64,000 nucleotides of DNA from Bugula neritina (Eukaryota > Animalia > Bryozoa), in assembly GCA_964035545.1 (NCBI GenBank), contig OZ037765.1:9062698-9126697 (forward strand). The letters are read 5' to 3'. Positions within the stretch are counted from its first letter, which is position 1, and the number at the start of each line of letters is the position of its first letter. The notes below the pieces were generated by a model. That model ran no database searches. It saw only the letters and a list, made by a program, of their open reading frames with translations, and had not been told where the DNA came from. Positions 26,341-39,289 of the stretch are shown here, in pieces. Made by a program: the position numbers and the translations under genes.

Positions 26341-29300
26341 TGTGACCAGTCGCGACAAAACCGGGGATGTGGCGGCGTTTATAAAGTGTAGTAAATGAAG
26401 GTTTAATTTGGGAATACTTAAATTTGAAATTAATTTCCAGTTTTTAGGTTTTGAACTTTTCTAATACAAAGAAATCCAAGGATTTCAAAAATCATACTTT
26501 CGTAAGCATTTGATGATTCCTTCAGCTCTAAAATTGCATTTAAAGTTGGTAATTAAGGCATTCAATTTTTTAAATGATGAAAAAATTGCGAAGTTATCAA
26601 GTAAAGAAAGAAGACAATTTTAGTCATTTTCATAGCATGAGATCTTGCAAATTTATTTTTCATCAAATGAATTTAGCTTACACCTCTTTCTTCGCATTGT
26701 CAGAAGCATCGTATTTAAAATCGAAGGCTAGTTTTAGTTTTTCATCGTGCTCCATCCAAAGTTAGCTTTTAAGTTACTGAGCTGTTTTGCCCTTTGGTGA
26801 TAAATGCTAAACTTAATCTTTATCTTTAGCGTTCAAGCTTGAAAATCACAACAATGCAGGTAATTATACTCAAAACCATAATTTACGCTACTAACTTAGA
26901 ATTGTTGCTAGGATTATTTGTAGTTATTTTCTTATTAATATTCATACTGATAATATCACTAGGAGTATGTCTATTCTATATTTATATTAGTAACTATTTA
27001 AATGACTCTCACTATGACTCACAGTTTGAGGTACGGTTACTCATAATGATAATCATAATGAATATCATTCATGATTTACTGATACTGGTATTTGGCAGTA
27101 AAACCAAATGTAGCTCATTAATATTAATACTAATAGTATAACTTAAGTAATGATTAATAATTAAATTCACTATTTGAGTCTGACTCTGAGTTTCGCCTTA
27201 CTTACTTGATTTACTTGAAGATGCAATCACGTTAGACCACTAGATTAGCGTAAGCACTTGATACTCATACTGATAGTATTATATTTATTGATTTATTCTA
27301 TAGTTGATATTTAAATTTACATTGGAATTACTCTTAGTAACTTTTAGCCTCTGTCTTAGATTTTGTCAATACAGTTACTGATTACTGTTACGATTAACGG
27401 TTCCTTTTGTGATTTTTAAATTAGCTCAAAGTTTTATTTAAAATATAATGATAAAATATTTATCACATTATGCAGGCTTACAGTTACTGTCAAAGCTCAA
27501 TTGATAACCCTATTTATATTGATAAAAGCATCACCTCTAACCAAATTGAAATGGTAAATGTGATTAAATGTAAATGAGTATAATGATGAAATATTAATGC
27601 GAGTTCATGGTGATTCTATAGTTGACTGACTTAGTTCTTCAGTAAGTTACTTTTAGTCTTATTTAGTGAGTAGTAACACTAACTGAATGCATAAATAGTC
27701 TAAACTTTTTAATTTTATTATAAAGGATGAGCAAAAATTTATTCATATTTTAAAGTAATTTATTGAATTCAAATTGATTTTATAGTAAATGTCTGTAATA
27801 GATTCAGTTGCACTTAGCTAGCTTTTTTACTCAATTAAATGCTTGAGTGGTTAATAGACATTGCTTCAAAATTGCCAATTGCAGATATGCTAGATATTCA
27901 AGTGCATAATGTGTAATTTTACTGATAATACTATGTTAATATAGAATAATCCGATATTCTGTACATTTTAGAAAGTGGACTTATGAGAGCATTAGAGTGA
28001 AGACTTATACCTACACAACTCTACTACCTATCAATCTAACACTTCTAATGTAGACACTCTGAATTTTGGCTTGCAAGGTTATGGCTTCTGCTTATTTCAT
28101 TCATAAAAAGGTTTGCAGTCTTTTAATGATGTGCTTGAAAATTTTCAACAATTTTTTAAATTTAAATTGTTCTGTTTAATTCAATAAATTTAAATGTTGA
28201 TAAAATGCAGGATGACAATTAACTGCTGCTATAGTAGTACCACAAGAGTGTTTAACCAACTAAATTTTTATAATATAACTGCGTATAGTTTCTAATCAAG
28301 CTACCGTTTTCTTTTGTTATTTAAAAAAGTCAACATTGTACTTGCAGCTCTGGAATAGACAATAGATGGGTAGATTGGCAGGATGGATGTCAAGTAGCAG
28401 CATCTGTAATTGTTAGAAAATCAGCTGATGATAGTGATGAAGCTTTTGCCACACACATGATGTTATGTGTTCATACTCCGTAAACTCATATTATGAAGAC
28501 CAAGGAAGTAGAAAGATGAAAAGTGCCTTTTTTGCAAAAACCGTAGAAGCTACCTAATTTTCTTCTCTTGATTAGAGTTAATTCAAGCACAATGGTTGTA
28601 TCCAGGCTGGATTTTTTACTGCATTTAATTAATTTTTTAAAATAATGTGTTTGATGTTTTAAATGTGAATATTAATGCCTAATAAAACTCAAAGTTCTAA
28701 TAGCTGATTTTATGTTTATATTTTCAACATCAATTGCTAAATTTAGTTGCCGTTAGAGATTATAAAGATATTTATGAATGAATCTCGAATGATCTCATAA
28801 TAGTCAAATAATTTTCTCATAAGTGTTCTACTCATTAAGCAATAACTATGAAACAGCACAGCTCAATAGCTGCAGTTTGATATATTACACAATATATTAG
28901 AGGAGAGGAAGATATTCAATGTATAACAGGAAGCAGCTGCCATTTTGTTTTATATGACTTCCTGCTGACTTGGATGCCTAATTTAAATATCTCAACACAC
29001 AAACTTGCTGAAACATCCTCTTCTTTGCTGGAATTGTTAAACCTTTCATTAAATAAACAAAATAAAAAGCAAATTGACAAATGAATTAGACAAAAAGTTT
29101 GGCGGCCATATTTGACCTAATTTTAAGTTGAGGCAGCATGAAATTTAGTTTAACAGAAAGCCCAAATTTACACAATTATTTTGGTACTAAATTTGTCACC
29201 ATTCCTATTATACAAAGACCCGTTGCTAAGGCTTGTAAATTGTAAACAAATAATTCTCAACTTATTCTAGAGTTGCCAACTTTAAATGCGATTTTCTCGA

Positions 29301-29483
29301 AACAGTAATTTCGAAATTTTAAAAACGTTAAGGTTTTTAAATATTAATATCTCGAGTTCTATTTATGCTAGAGACTTCAAATAAAGTGCAAAATGTTTGG
29401 AAAAGTCTGCTCTATCATTCCATAGTAATAACTAGGTTTTCAACATTTTATATACATCCCTTGTTTTGTGGTGCCAAGTCACA
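26341..29483. mobile_element. Possible 3.1-kb TIR-bounded element, or two related element ends
   Basis: Left end TGTGACCAGTCGCGACAAAACCGGGGATGT versus reverse complement of right end TGTGACTTGGCACCACAAAACAAGGGATGT: 23/30 identical, both flanked by TA. Confidence 0.5.
26860..27500. repeat. Orphan periodic low-complexity island (more degenerate)
   Basis: TTACTCATAATGATAATCATAAT, AATACTAATAGT and GATACTCATACTGATAGT units; starts at a CAG|GTAATT donor-like site. Confidence 0.65.
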
Positions 29484-29845
29484 TATTATGATCCCGGACC
29501 GGGTATTACAATAATATTGTGACGAAAACAGTGAGTGCTATAGATAGGAATTTTAGTTATCCATGACGTGACGACATTTCGTAGGCGGATCTCTATTGAT
29601 AGCAATGAATCAGATATTATTAGGAGTGAACAATGAGCTGAACCTCATTGGCTGATATTACTATACACGCCTACCCACATGATATCAATTTTTGGACATC
29701 TTCCAGAAACTACTACTAGTGTAGTCAACATTCCAGTTTGAAAACATTTTGTCAAGTACAAGCTAGCTACGCACTGCCTTCTGCCGACTCATCGCAGCTA
29801 CATACCATTAGTTTCTGTGATAACTGACCTACATAGACTTCCAAT

Positions 29846-32800
29846 ATGCCCAAGTGTCCAACTTGCAACAAAGAAGTCTACTTTGGTATGTAAATTATAC
29901 AATCTTTATACTAATTTTGAGCATTAAAAACTATATTAGTATTACACACATGGCCATAATCAGTAGATTAAAATATTGGTCAATAAGTTGCAACAAGTTG
30001 TGCCTAGAAGGATAAAGAAGGTAAAGTTTATAGGTTTATTTAAAGTTCATAAATACTTTAAACAGTGCTATTCCTTACTTATCATAACCTACTTTTCATT
30101 TACAAGTTTATAATAATTATGTTATTATAACTGTAGGAAATAATAAATAAATGCAACTTTTCTGAATTAGAAGTAGTTAAATTTACAAAGTTGTAATTAT
30201 TACGATAAATGTTAGTGCTTAGGGTTTCTGCAATTTTGCTAGGTCCATTCAAAAATTGTGGTAGCATACGAGAATTTTTCAATTAATGTTTTTAGATAAA
30301 AGGTCCTAGTATTAGAACCCAAATATTAAAAGTAAAATTTTTGGCAATGTGCAACAACTTTCTTTTTTAAGCGAATTGAAAAAGTATCAATAAAATAATA
30401 TGTCTAATATGCATCATTTATCTACATTTGACATAACATAGATGTAATATGAAAGGAAAACGCTATTGATGTGGTTATACTGCAAAGAAGTGAAGTGAAA
30501 TAACTCATAACGTCATCATATCAATATGCTGAAGGCCTCACTTCATAGAATCTACGATCACCAACTACATTGTTTCTTAAATATTACACATATCATAAAC
30601 AAATAAAGTTGGAAAGTGTTAATAACAGTAAATTTTTTGTAAAGAGTAATCATTCATCACCAAGCTGTGAGTACCAGTGCTTCTATTCTGAATAGTTGGC
30701 TAAAAACGCTGTGGTATTCCACACACTCATTGGTGATGTATGTGATATCTTTTCACTCGCATACCTGCAAACACCATTGTCTCGGACCAAGTCAAGGCTA
30801 AGTTTATAAGATTTATAATCATTAATTAATAAATGATAATATGAACTTGTTTTATAGTGTTTATAGGTCACTTTTCAACAAAAATTTTTTGTCCCTGCTT
30901 GCAGCTTTTCTATTAATAGAAAATTAATCTCTTTTTACTAAATTAAGTACATTTCAGTTAGTGGGTGATCAACTACCACCAAGTGAATAGCTTAATTTCT
31001 AGAATGAAAGATTATTAAAACTATTTTTAGAGAAGTTTAGAGGTATTAGCAGCCCTTGTTATTACCATGTTATTGAAGTATCTCTAGGTGTGTCACCTGC
31101 ATAGATAAGATAACTTTGTGTACCAGCAGTTACGAACCATTAACCTAAATCAGGTTATTTCTCAGCATAGGCCTGACTACCACACATTAATCAAACCTGA
31201 TCTAATATATTTGTTTGCATTGGTGTAAGCTGAGATGTCTGTGATAAATAAAAATGATAGTGTGTGTGGGTGCTGTCATGAGAAAGCCTGTGTTCTAGAC
31301 ATAAAAAATATTACAAAAGAACTTGTGCTATTCAAATTTTTCCATTACCTCCCTTGAAGAGGTCGTTCAAGCACTGTATATCAGTCAGTGATATCAGCTA
31401 CCTAATATCTCCTTTATGTATTACCTGGACCTGGTTATCTTGTTCTATAGGTCAACAAATGTGGGTCCATTCCACTTGTTGCAGTTAAAAACTTTTTCAT
31501 AGGGTATTTTATTAGCTTTTGACAAATGGTAAAAGGACACACAAAATAGTACTATATAAATGGTAATTTATTATCTTTGCTTTTATTGCAACAGAACAAT
31601 TATGTATGAGGTTTAAGTACCAACGGGTCTAGTAGTATGACCTGTGGAGTGCACATTTAGCCACTTATAACCAGTTATACCTATAGAGCAATCCCAGGCT
31701 TGTTACGCAACTTTTATTAACTGTAAGGTTCAATGGCTTATTCTTCATGCACCAATAGTTATCAGCTAAAGTAATAGTAATAGTAGTAGTATTTGACACG
31801 CACAAATAGACTTTATACTGGAGTGAAACATACTATAATAAGTGTATTTATATATCATCTAGGCTCTATAAAACCTAGGTTCTATGTTTCGAAAACTTCT
31901 AATAAAATTTACTCTTCACATTGTGGATGTAGGTGAAAAACAATTTTCAGTTATGTTGAGAAGTTTCATTCTGCTATACAAAAATCTAAGCTAAAGTTTT
32001 TAATCGAGCAAGTTTAAAACTTTACAAACAGGTTTATGTGTGTTTGCGCATGAATCTCTGCGTATGTTTGTTCATCAACTTTTGTGTTTAGCTTGGAGAA
32101 TTGGCAACCTGCTGGCAATAATTGTTAACCAGTCTGTAAATAATTTAGTATGCAACAAAATAATGTTTAGGTGTGGTGTATATCTATCTGTCTTTTGTAT
32201 ATACTGTATCATCAATGTGGTATATTATGCACGTGTAAAATCTTTATTTATAGCTGAAAAAGTTACTTCCCTTGGAAAAGACTGGCACAGGCCTTGCTTG
32301 AAATGCGAAAAATGTAAAAAGACCCTATCTTCTGGAAGCCACGCTGAAGTAGGCTATAACTTCTTTTAAATTAGTTTCTTTTAATTGTAATAGTGAGCGT
32401 AATGTTATCTTTTTAAGCTGAAATAGATGTTTTCAGCAATTTTTTTTTCAAACAATGTTGTTGAATCAATAACAAATCTTTATATAAATTTAGTGTAAAT
32501 ATTGTGATTGGTTTAATGCTTCCTGTATGTTTCAGCATGATGGCAAGCCATATTGTCACAACCCTTGCTATTCAGCACTTTTTGGAGCTAAAGGTAACAC
32601 TGTTACTTTTTAGAGAAATGTTCTAGCTTTCCACGCTGTAGTTTGAGATGACTATCCTCTCCACTCAGTCAGAATTTTTGTCCATGTCGTGTCTGTTCAA
32701 TTTGTAGCCTGTGGACATTACTGTAAAATAATGCCCCCACTGGGAATCAAACCTCAGGCTGCTTGCTAACTTGCAAGCCAGGGTGTTACTCATTACACCA

Positions 32801-33437
32801 AGGGGCTACAATAAACTCTCAACACTGCATCCCACCCAACTCTCCGGAACTCCACTAGTTCCCCTACTACTCCACCAGCTTCTGGGCTCACCCGGTCAAC
32901 TTCCTCGGAGTAGTACTGCGTCACTCTCAGCGCCGAAATCTTGTAACATAATCCCCCCATGACTGGGAATCAAACCTCAGACTTCTAATTTGCAAGCCAG
33001 AGTGGACATATTTGCCATTTTTTCCAAACATTGGTAATCTTAAATATTATTATCATCTTGTTAATCTCAAGTATTGTTAATCTCAGTGTGTCATTAGTTG
33101 GATTATGTTGCATGTAGCATACGTTAAACTCATTTGGCAAGTCATAAAATAAAATAATCAACGTTCAATTCATTTCAGCTGCTTTTATATGCACAAAGAA
33201 TTTGTATTTATTACTGCTTATGGCAATATAACAGCTAGTAACAGTCAACTACGGCAGCCCACAACAGATTTTGTTAATGTGCTTGATAAGGACTCAGGAA
33301 TTGTGCATCAGCTCAACTAATGTACATTGAACTAATATTTATTAGATAAGAATAGTTCAACATGAAATTTGCTGCTGCAATATATTAATTTATTTGTAGG
33401 TTTTGGAAGAGGTGGTGCAGAAAGTCATGCCTACTAA
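29846..33437 (+). CDS. CRIP1: Cysteine-rich protein 1 (CRIP)-like single LIM domain protein, 76 aa
   Basis: Exons 29846-29885, 32254-32348, 32536-32593 and 33400-33437 give [76 protein letters not shown]. It has a complete LIM zinc-ligand pattern and the CRIP glycine-rich tail. Confidence 0.95.
32732..32806 (-). pseudogene. Degenerate tRNA-like sequence (tRNA pseudogene or SINE head) in CRIP intron 3; second partial copy at about 32950-33005
   Basis: Minus strand GCCCCTTGGTGTAATGAGTAACACCCTGGCTTGCAAGTTAG...GGTTTGATTCCCAGTGGGGGCA is 75 nt. It has an acceptor-like stem GCCCC/GGGGC and A-box-like and B-box-like motifs, but the anticodon arm and T-loop are imperfect. Confidence 0.6.
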
Positions 33438-34230
33438 ATGCATGGGCCAAGAAAAAGTCTTTTTGTAGTCTTTATGTAGTTATTCCTACTGCATGCTATT
33501 TTAAAATCTACTAAAAATTTGTATAAACAAAGCCTGGTCAAAATAATATAGCTTTCTTCTTCGTTTTATTTGGTATTAGTTAAAATTTATTTCATAATTA
33601 TCACAAATGACAAACAATTACTAATAATATATATTATATGTTTAAATAAGTCATTTATGTAACACTCTTTTTTATGGTAAAATGAACAACTGGCAAATAC
33701 TTTATATATTGAAAATAAAGATAGCTGTAGAAACCCAAAAAAACAACATTTATATTGCATTGATATCACAATGATAGAGAGTCGGTCAAATTAAGCCCGC
33801 AAACAGAGCTCAGATTCAAAAGTGTGAGATATCAGGTAATAAAAACAACAATAACAATACATAATAATTAGGACTATAAAACTAAAGTATTGGCAAAGAA
33901 GCCCTTTAATGCATGCACCATACAATATCACCTAACATGTGAGACAAGACTGAGAATGCCTAATAAAAGTTAATGCAAATTAGACAGCAATGAGACAAAT
34001 AATGTGTAGACAACATAATTATATATAATATAAATATTACAGAATAAAGCAAAAACAAAACAAAAAAGGCTTATAATTTCAATTCTCTAGTTTTAAACCG
34101 TGTTCTGCAGTATGAGACACAATTTCAATTCTCCGGTCTTAAATCAAGTTTCAAGGTAGCAGCAAAAAAGTAAGTCAGCACAAAATATATAAATAATGGA
34201 AGTGCATGCATGGAGTCATGTATAGCCATA

Positions 34231-37200
34231 TTATACAGTTTTCTCACCCAGTCCCTTCTCTTTGCACGCCATCATCTCGGGTTCTTTACAGTCCAGTGCC
34301 ACATAAGGAATACCCCAAAACTCCCAACACCCACCTTCCCTTGGCCAATATCTAAACAGTATTAGCATAAACATACCATTTAATCTGCTAATTTTCATTA
34401 TCTCAGATGGGTAAAAAATGTTAAAGATACAAAATTATCCCTTATGAATTAGATTGCAAACTGCAAGCTAAACACACGACATAGAAATAAGGAAAGTTTG
34501 TTCTACTAAAATAGAAAAATCTTAGAGTCGCATAATGTCTCATCAAAACAGATTACCAAGTTTTGTTTTTGTTTTAGTTGCACATGGCTTATGAGAAATG
34601 TAGCATACTGCGCTGCAGCAACTACCCAAAAACAATATCCTTGATCATTATAATATGCTTGATAATCATTAATAATCAATCATATTATATGCATTGCTAG
34701 TTCAATACTTTTCACTTCACCTCACATAAGCAAAGTAGGAAAAGGTAAGAGAATTTGGTTGAGCCACATTTTTAAAATTAGCTTATTTAACGTGTGATTC
34801 GTTACTATGAGGATGATTTAAATTTGGTGCAAGTTTTAATAGTATTGCTACACATCAGCAGGCTAGAGTTTTCAATTTCACTTATGCTGGGAAGCAGTAG
34901 AGTTTTATACTAAACAAAATCAATATGCAACCTGCAATGGTTTTACTTTTATGGAATAGGTATTTTAATTTCAAATTCCAAGTATATACACATGAAGGCA
35001 AATATTATATTCATTGTGATCTTCATAAAGTTAAATTTTGGCAGAATAAGTTATGACAAGATAACTCCTAATTATCCCATTAGGTCACAACAAGTATAAC
35101 GTATTTAAATGAGACAACTCCCAAAAGAAGTTTGTGAATAATTTAAATTACAAACAGCAGGCCGGCAGAAAAATTTTTTTAAGCAGAACAACTGGAAAGA
35201 GTACAGATTATTATCTGACTCTCACGTCAAATTTACTATAATGCAAAAAAGTATTTAATTTCATACAACCACTTTCAAACAACCTACAGCTGTGTTTACA
35301 TACCTTAACTTCGCACCCAGTTCGGGTCTTTCATGAGTAACTTGAAAGTATGCAAAGAGCACACAAGCTGTGTACGAAGAGACAAATATCATAATATGCC
35401 ACCCAGAGTGCAGATAGGGGAAGTTATACCAGACAGCCTTGCAGAGAAACTTATCATTTGTCCAAAACACAATAGCACACAACCAAATGAGTGCGCAGCG
35501 AATTGCTAGAGACCTCACACGCCATACCCTTGATCTAAACAAAACAATGTGTTGCTCTTTGCAAAAATTGATAAGAAACACTAACATAATTAAAAAAACA
35601 TAGCAATAACAATAATTTGCAGGTTGATTTTTAAAATATGACAATTATATAAAACTAGTTGTATGTAATACAGTGCTCCCTCCATATCTCAAGGATTCAT
35701 TCCTCACAAAACCTCATAGGCCACATGAAGGGTTCGGACCCCTGTTTTGTGGCTTATAGGTATGAATGTATAGGGACAAAATCGCTGAATTAAACGGATC
35801 TGTGAGTTAGATCTGGTATTCTACTATGTCACAGGTTCCTGAACCCATAGCTTAGTGAGATACGGAGGGAGCACTATATGTTGACAGACTTCTTTACTAT
35901 ATATTACAATATAATTATGCTCATTTTAGAAACATTATGAATGAAAACTCTGATTTTCAAAGGTCACTTACCTGCGGTACTCCGCAATCAGCAGACAAAC
36001 AACAGGAGCCCCAAACATCATCAGAACAAATGCATTTATTTCAGGTATGACACAACAAAGGGCTGTTGAAATGATCGAAATAGGAATGACAACTCTCTGA
36101 AACATCTGCCTGCAACAGTAAAAACAAACCATCTACTATTTAGACACAAACCAGCAAGTGTTGAATATGTGCCAAGCTGCAATTGAGTCATTTTACCTAA
36201 TTTAGCAAACAGACTTTCACTAGTAGCTTACGGTTATATATGCCTCTCCATCAATTTGCTTTTCTATACACCAAACAATTCAGCTCAAAAATAAACAAAT
36301 ATAAATATAAATATAAACTATAAACTATATATTTAAATTTCTTACAAAACTTTATCCTTTGGAGTATTTCTATAAGTTAGGAGATGCAATCTTTCCATTA
36401 TTGTATATATGTGAATCTAGCTGTTTGAATCATCACTTATATGCATATAACCAAAAGGTTTACATTAGAGCTTGAAAATTAGAAACTGTTGAAGAAAATC
36501 AAAATGTATGAAGTTATTGCAATAAATCAAATTTTCCCACTTGTGCGTGCATGTGTGTAAACATCACTTTCAAATACCTAAGTTAGTCAGTTTAATCAAT
36601 TTTACCAGAAAAATAATTTGCAGTGATTTGTTAGCATATATTATAATAAAATAGGTAAAAATAACCTAAATTGTTACACTAAACAATCAATCAGAGAATA
36701 TGACCAACCTGTTGCCATTAAACACTTTAGGCATGTGTCTCAAAGGAAACCATACTGCTATGGCTGCCATTATCACCCATAGAATAGCGATTTCATCAAT
36801 AAGTTGTCCCATCAGACTCAACGTAGAATGGAAATATGCTGAGCCAACTCCAACCACAAAGAGAAGAAAGAAGACAAGATTAGCACCTTTGGTTACCTAC
36901 AATACATCAAAGTATTCATAGAATTGGTACTGCTATGAAATATTGCCACTAAGTGAATCAAGGACATGATACTTCATCATTTATCTAAACATATTTAATA
37001 GCTAGTACCAATTTTTATCAAGATGAGAAGTTAGCTGCTACTGCATTAACACAAAACAGCAGACCTAGAAAATCTATTAATCCAGTTTTAAAATATTTGC
37101 TCAGCAGTCAATAATTTACTCTTTCTATAAACTATTGATTGTTTCATATAGCATAACTACTTAGACAGTTTCCCTGATTATTAGTACGTCATATAGTGAT

Positions 37201-39040
37201 AGCAATTTAGTCAGTTCTCAGTCTGAATACACGCAGTCATGGAGTAGTGCTTACATCAGTTCAGCACCAGCACTGTATAAAATAGTGTCTGCTACTTTTT
37301 TGTACTTTAATATGAAGTCATTGTAGTCATTCAATACAAACACAATTCATCAGTTCCTTGTGGTGTGCGTGCGTGTGTGTGTGTGCGCGTGTGTGCGTCC
37401 AAACTTTTCCTTACTAAATTTAAATTTATTTTTATCCATAAATTTTATATTTAATTATAATACTTTAATCTACTTTATTTAATGATATTAGCCATTTTTC
37501 AAGCAAAAAAATTTAAAACAATCAAATGTCAATAAATGTTTAAATTAAATCATTGCTATTGTTGATTATATAATACTCTAGCGGCTGCTTTCATACAGAA
37601 AGAAACCAGCCAATAGCTGACAGTGCTATTTTACACCCCCTGTATTTTAAAATGTCAAAAGTATTGAAGGTTGAGGTTTAACTTAAATCATCAGTACGAT
37701 GAACTAAGTACAACAATGTAGTAAAGCTATTAGTATGACTCACGTGACATAATTCACTAACCTGTTTGCTATATTGTCTAAATAGATACATGAGTAGAGG
37801 AGGCATAGCAAAGAACAGTACATTGCTGATCTAAAACAGAACAAAAGAACAAGTCTAAAAACAAAGCCCTTAAATGAATTTACAATTTAGAGTAGCATAA
37901 CCACAATGTTGAAATTTTAATAAACTTATTAATAAAAGCAGAAAGTTTCACATCAAATAAACAGTTTGAGTTACTGTCATGAAACTAGAATACTCATATT
38001 TTGACCAAATTTGTAACCCTTTATAGTTAACAGAAATGAGACACACAGACAGGCACGAAAGCCTATGAAACAATTAATAGAATAAGTTAGAGAACAGCGG
38101 GAGAGGGGGTCTAGTAGTTAGAGAACTGGCTTAGTAAACATCAGGTCAGTGGTTCGAATCCATTAGTGATGCTAGGAAGGGCATTCCGTCGTAATTGCTA
38201 TTGTGTCACAAACAAATCCTAACTCGCTTGAAAAAGAACTCTTTCCATGGCATGGCAACTATGAACCCATGTGAGTTATTTTAGAGTTATTTATGCTACA
38301 CCACATACCCACTGGCGCCATTAGAACAGCCTACAAATACATTATTGTACAAACCATATAAAATCAATAAATGGTCAATACTTTATTACGTAATCATTTA
38401 GTAAACTACTCTGATTTCGGTTGCTGTAAGCGTAGGGCCACACGAAGCGTTTTACACGCGCGTGACGTGCGAGAAAACCCGTTTAGACCTGCCACACACG
38501 ATGCGTGAATTGCTAGTGTGGAAATTTATTAGCTAATCATCTTGAAGTTTAACTTTACTGCTCGCTTACGTTTGTTTTTAAACTACGTCATCGGCAAGAT
38601 TTTATTATATAAGCGGAAATACAAACTATTTGAAACTGTTTTAATTCAGTTCGCTAAAAGCTAAAATGTGAATTAAAATAAAAAAGTGTGCTCGCTAAAT
38701 GATAATATCTAGCCAATTAGATCAAACACGCATGAGCTTTCCGCACTTCTCGCTCAGCATGTTAAACGCATGAAAATCCCGCACACAACATCCCATTTTG
38801 GGGCTAAATGGGTTTTCTCGCACGTCACGCGCGTGTAAAACGCTTCATGTGGCCCTACACTAATAGCTACAGCTCTGTGTTTACCTTTGAGACATTAGTG
38901 CCCGCAAATTTCAATCCATAAAAATTAGTAAAACTTACTGTATTGTAGAATTCAGCCACACTACTTAAAATTATGAAATTCTTTTCACACCAGTCAATGG
39001 GAGAGCTCTGCCATGCGAATATCCCCCAAATACCTGCCAT
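34231..39040 (-). CDS. ACER: Alkaline ceramidase (ACER1/2-like, CREST superfamily), about 282 aa, 6 coding exons
   Basis: Exons 39040-38939, 37830-37762, 36896-36709, 36109-35972, 35534-35304 and 34351-34231. Motifs: [28 protein letters not shown] (SxxxH), QLIDE, YLHSGWH (HxxWH), and multiple hydrophobic helices. An acceptor 1 nt before the ATG implies an upstream non-coding exon. Confidence 0.94.
35671..35876. mobile_element. Tc1/mariner-type MITE in ACER intron
   Basis: TA|CAGTGCTCCCTCCATATCTC ... GAGATACGGAGGGAGCACTA|TA gives an about 20-bp TIR starting CAGT with a TA duplication. Confidence 0.75.
37360..37398 (+). repeat. Imperfect (GT/GC)n microsatellite in ACER intron
   Basis: GTGTGCGTGCGTGTGTGTGTGTGCGCGTGTGTGCGT. 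Confidence 0.8.
38101..38260 (+). mobile_element. tRNA-derived SINE remnant in ACER intron
   Basis: A-box-like GGTCTAGTAGTTAG and B-box GGTTCGAATCC are followed by AGGAAGGGCATTCCGTCGTAA, which resembles my recollection of the V-SINE central domain. Confidence 0.55.
38430..38860. mobile_element. PIF/Harbinger-type MITE, 431 bp, in ACER intron; same termini as 2026-2134
   Basis: About 55-bp near-perfect TIR (GCGTAGGGCCACACGAAGCGTTTTACACGCGCGTGACGTGCGAGAAAACCC...), TAA duplication on both sides, and CpG-rich compared with its flanks. Confidence 0.85.
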
Positions 39041-39289
39041 ACTGCAATGAAATTATAAGTAATGTGTAATTAAAGCAAGCTTTGAAAGATAGCAAATTAG
39101 TAAATTATGCCATTGTTAATATTATTTCAGTTCTTTTATTATTCATAAATCCTTATAACTAGCCAAAATTAAAGGATTTATTTATTAAGCATAAATGCTA
39201 ATGCATAGATAAACAAATTTGCCAACAATCAAAAGAAAGATAGAGAAACATCAACAATCAATCTCAAAATAAGTTTAGATAAATTGATG

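Noticed and set aside
27583-27629. ATGATGA...CTGA resembling a C/D-box snoRNA
   Set aside because: Only about 47 nt between boxes, no convincing terminal stem and no rRNA-complementary guide that I could identify; it would need an Infernal/snoscan hit.
32732-32806. Functional tRNA gene
   Set aside because: The anticodon loop and T-loop are irregular and a second degenerate copy lies adjacent, so it is treated as a pseudogene or SINE.
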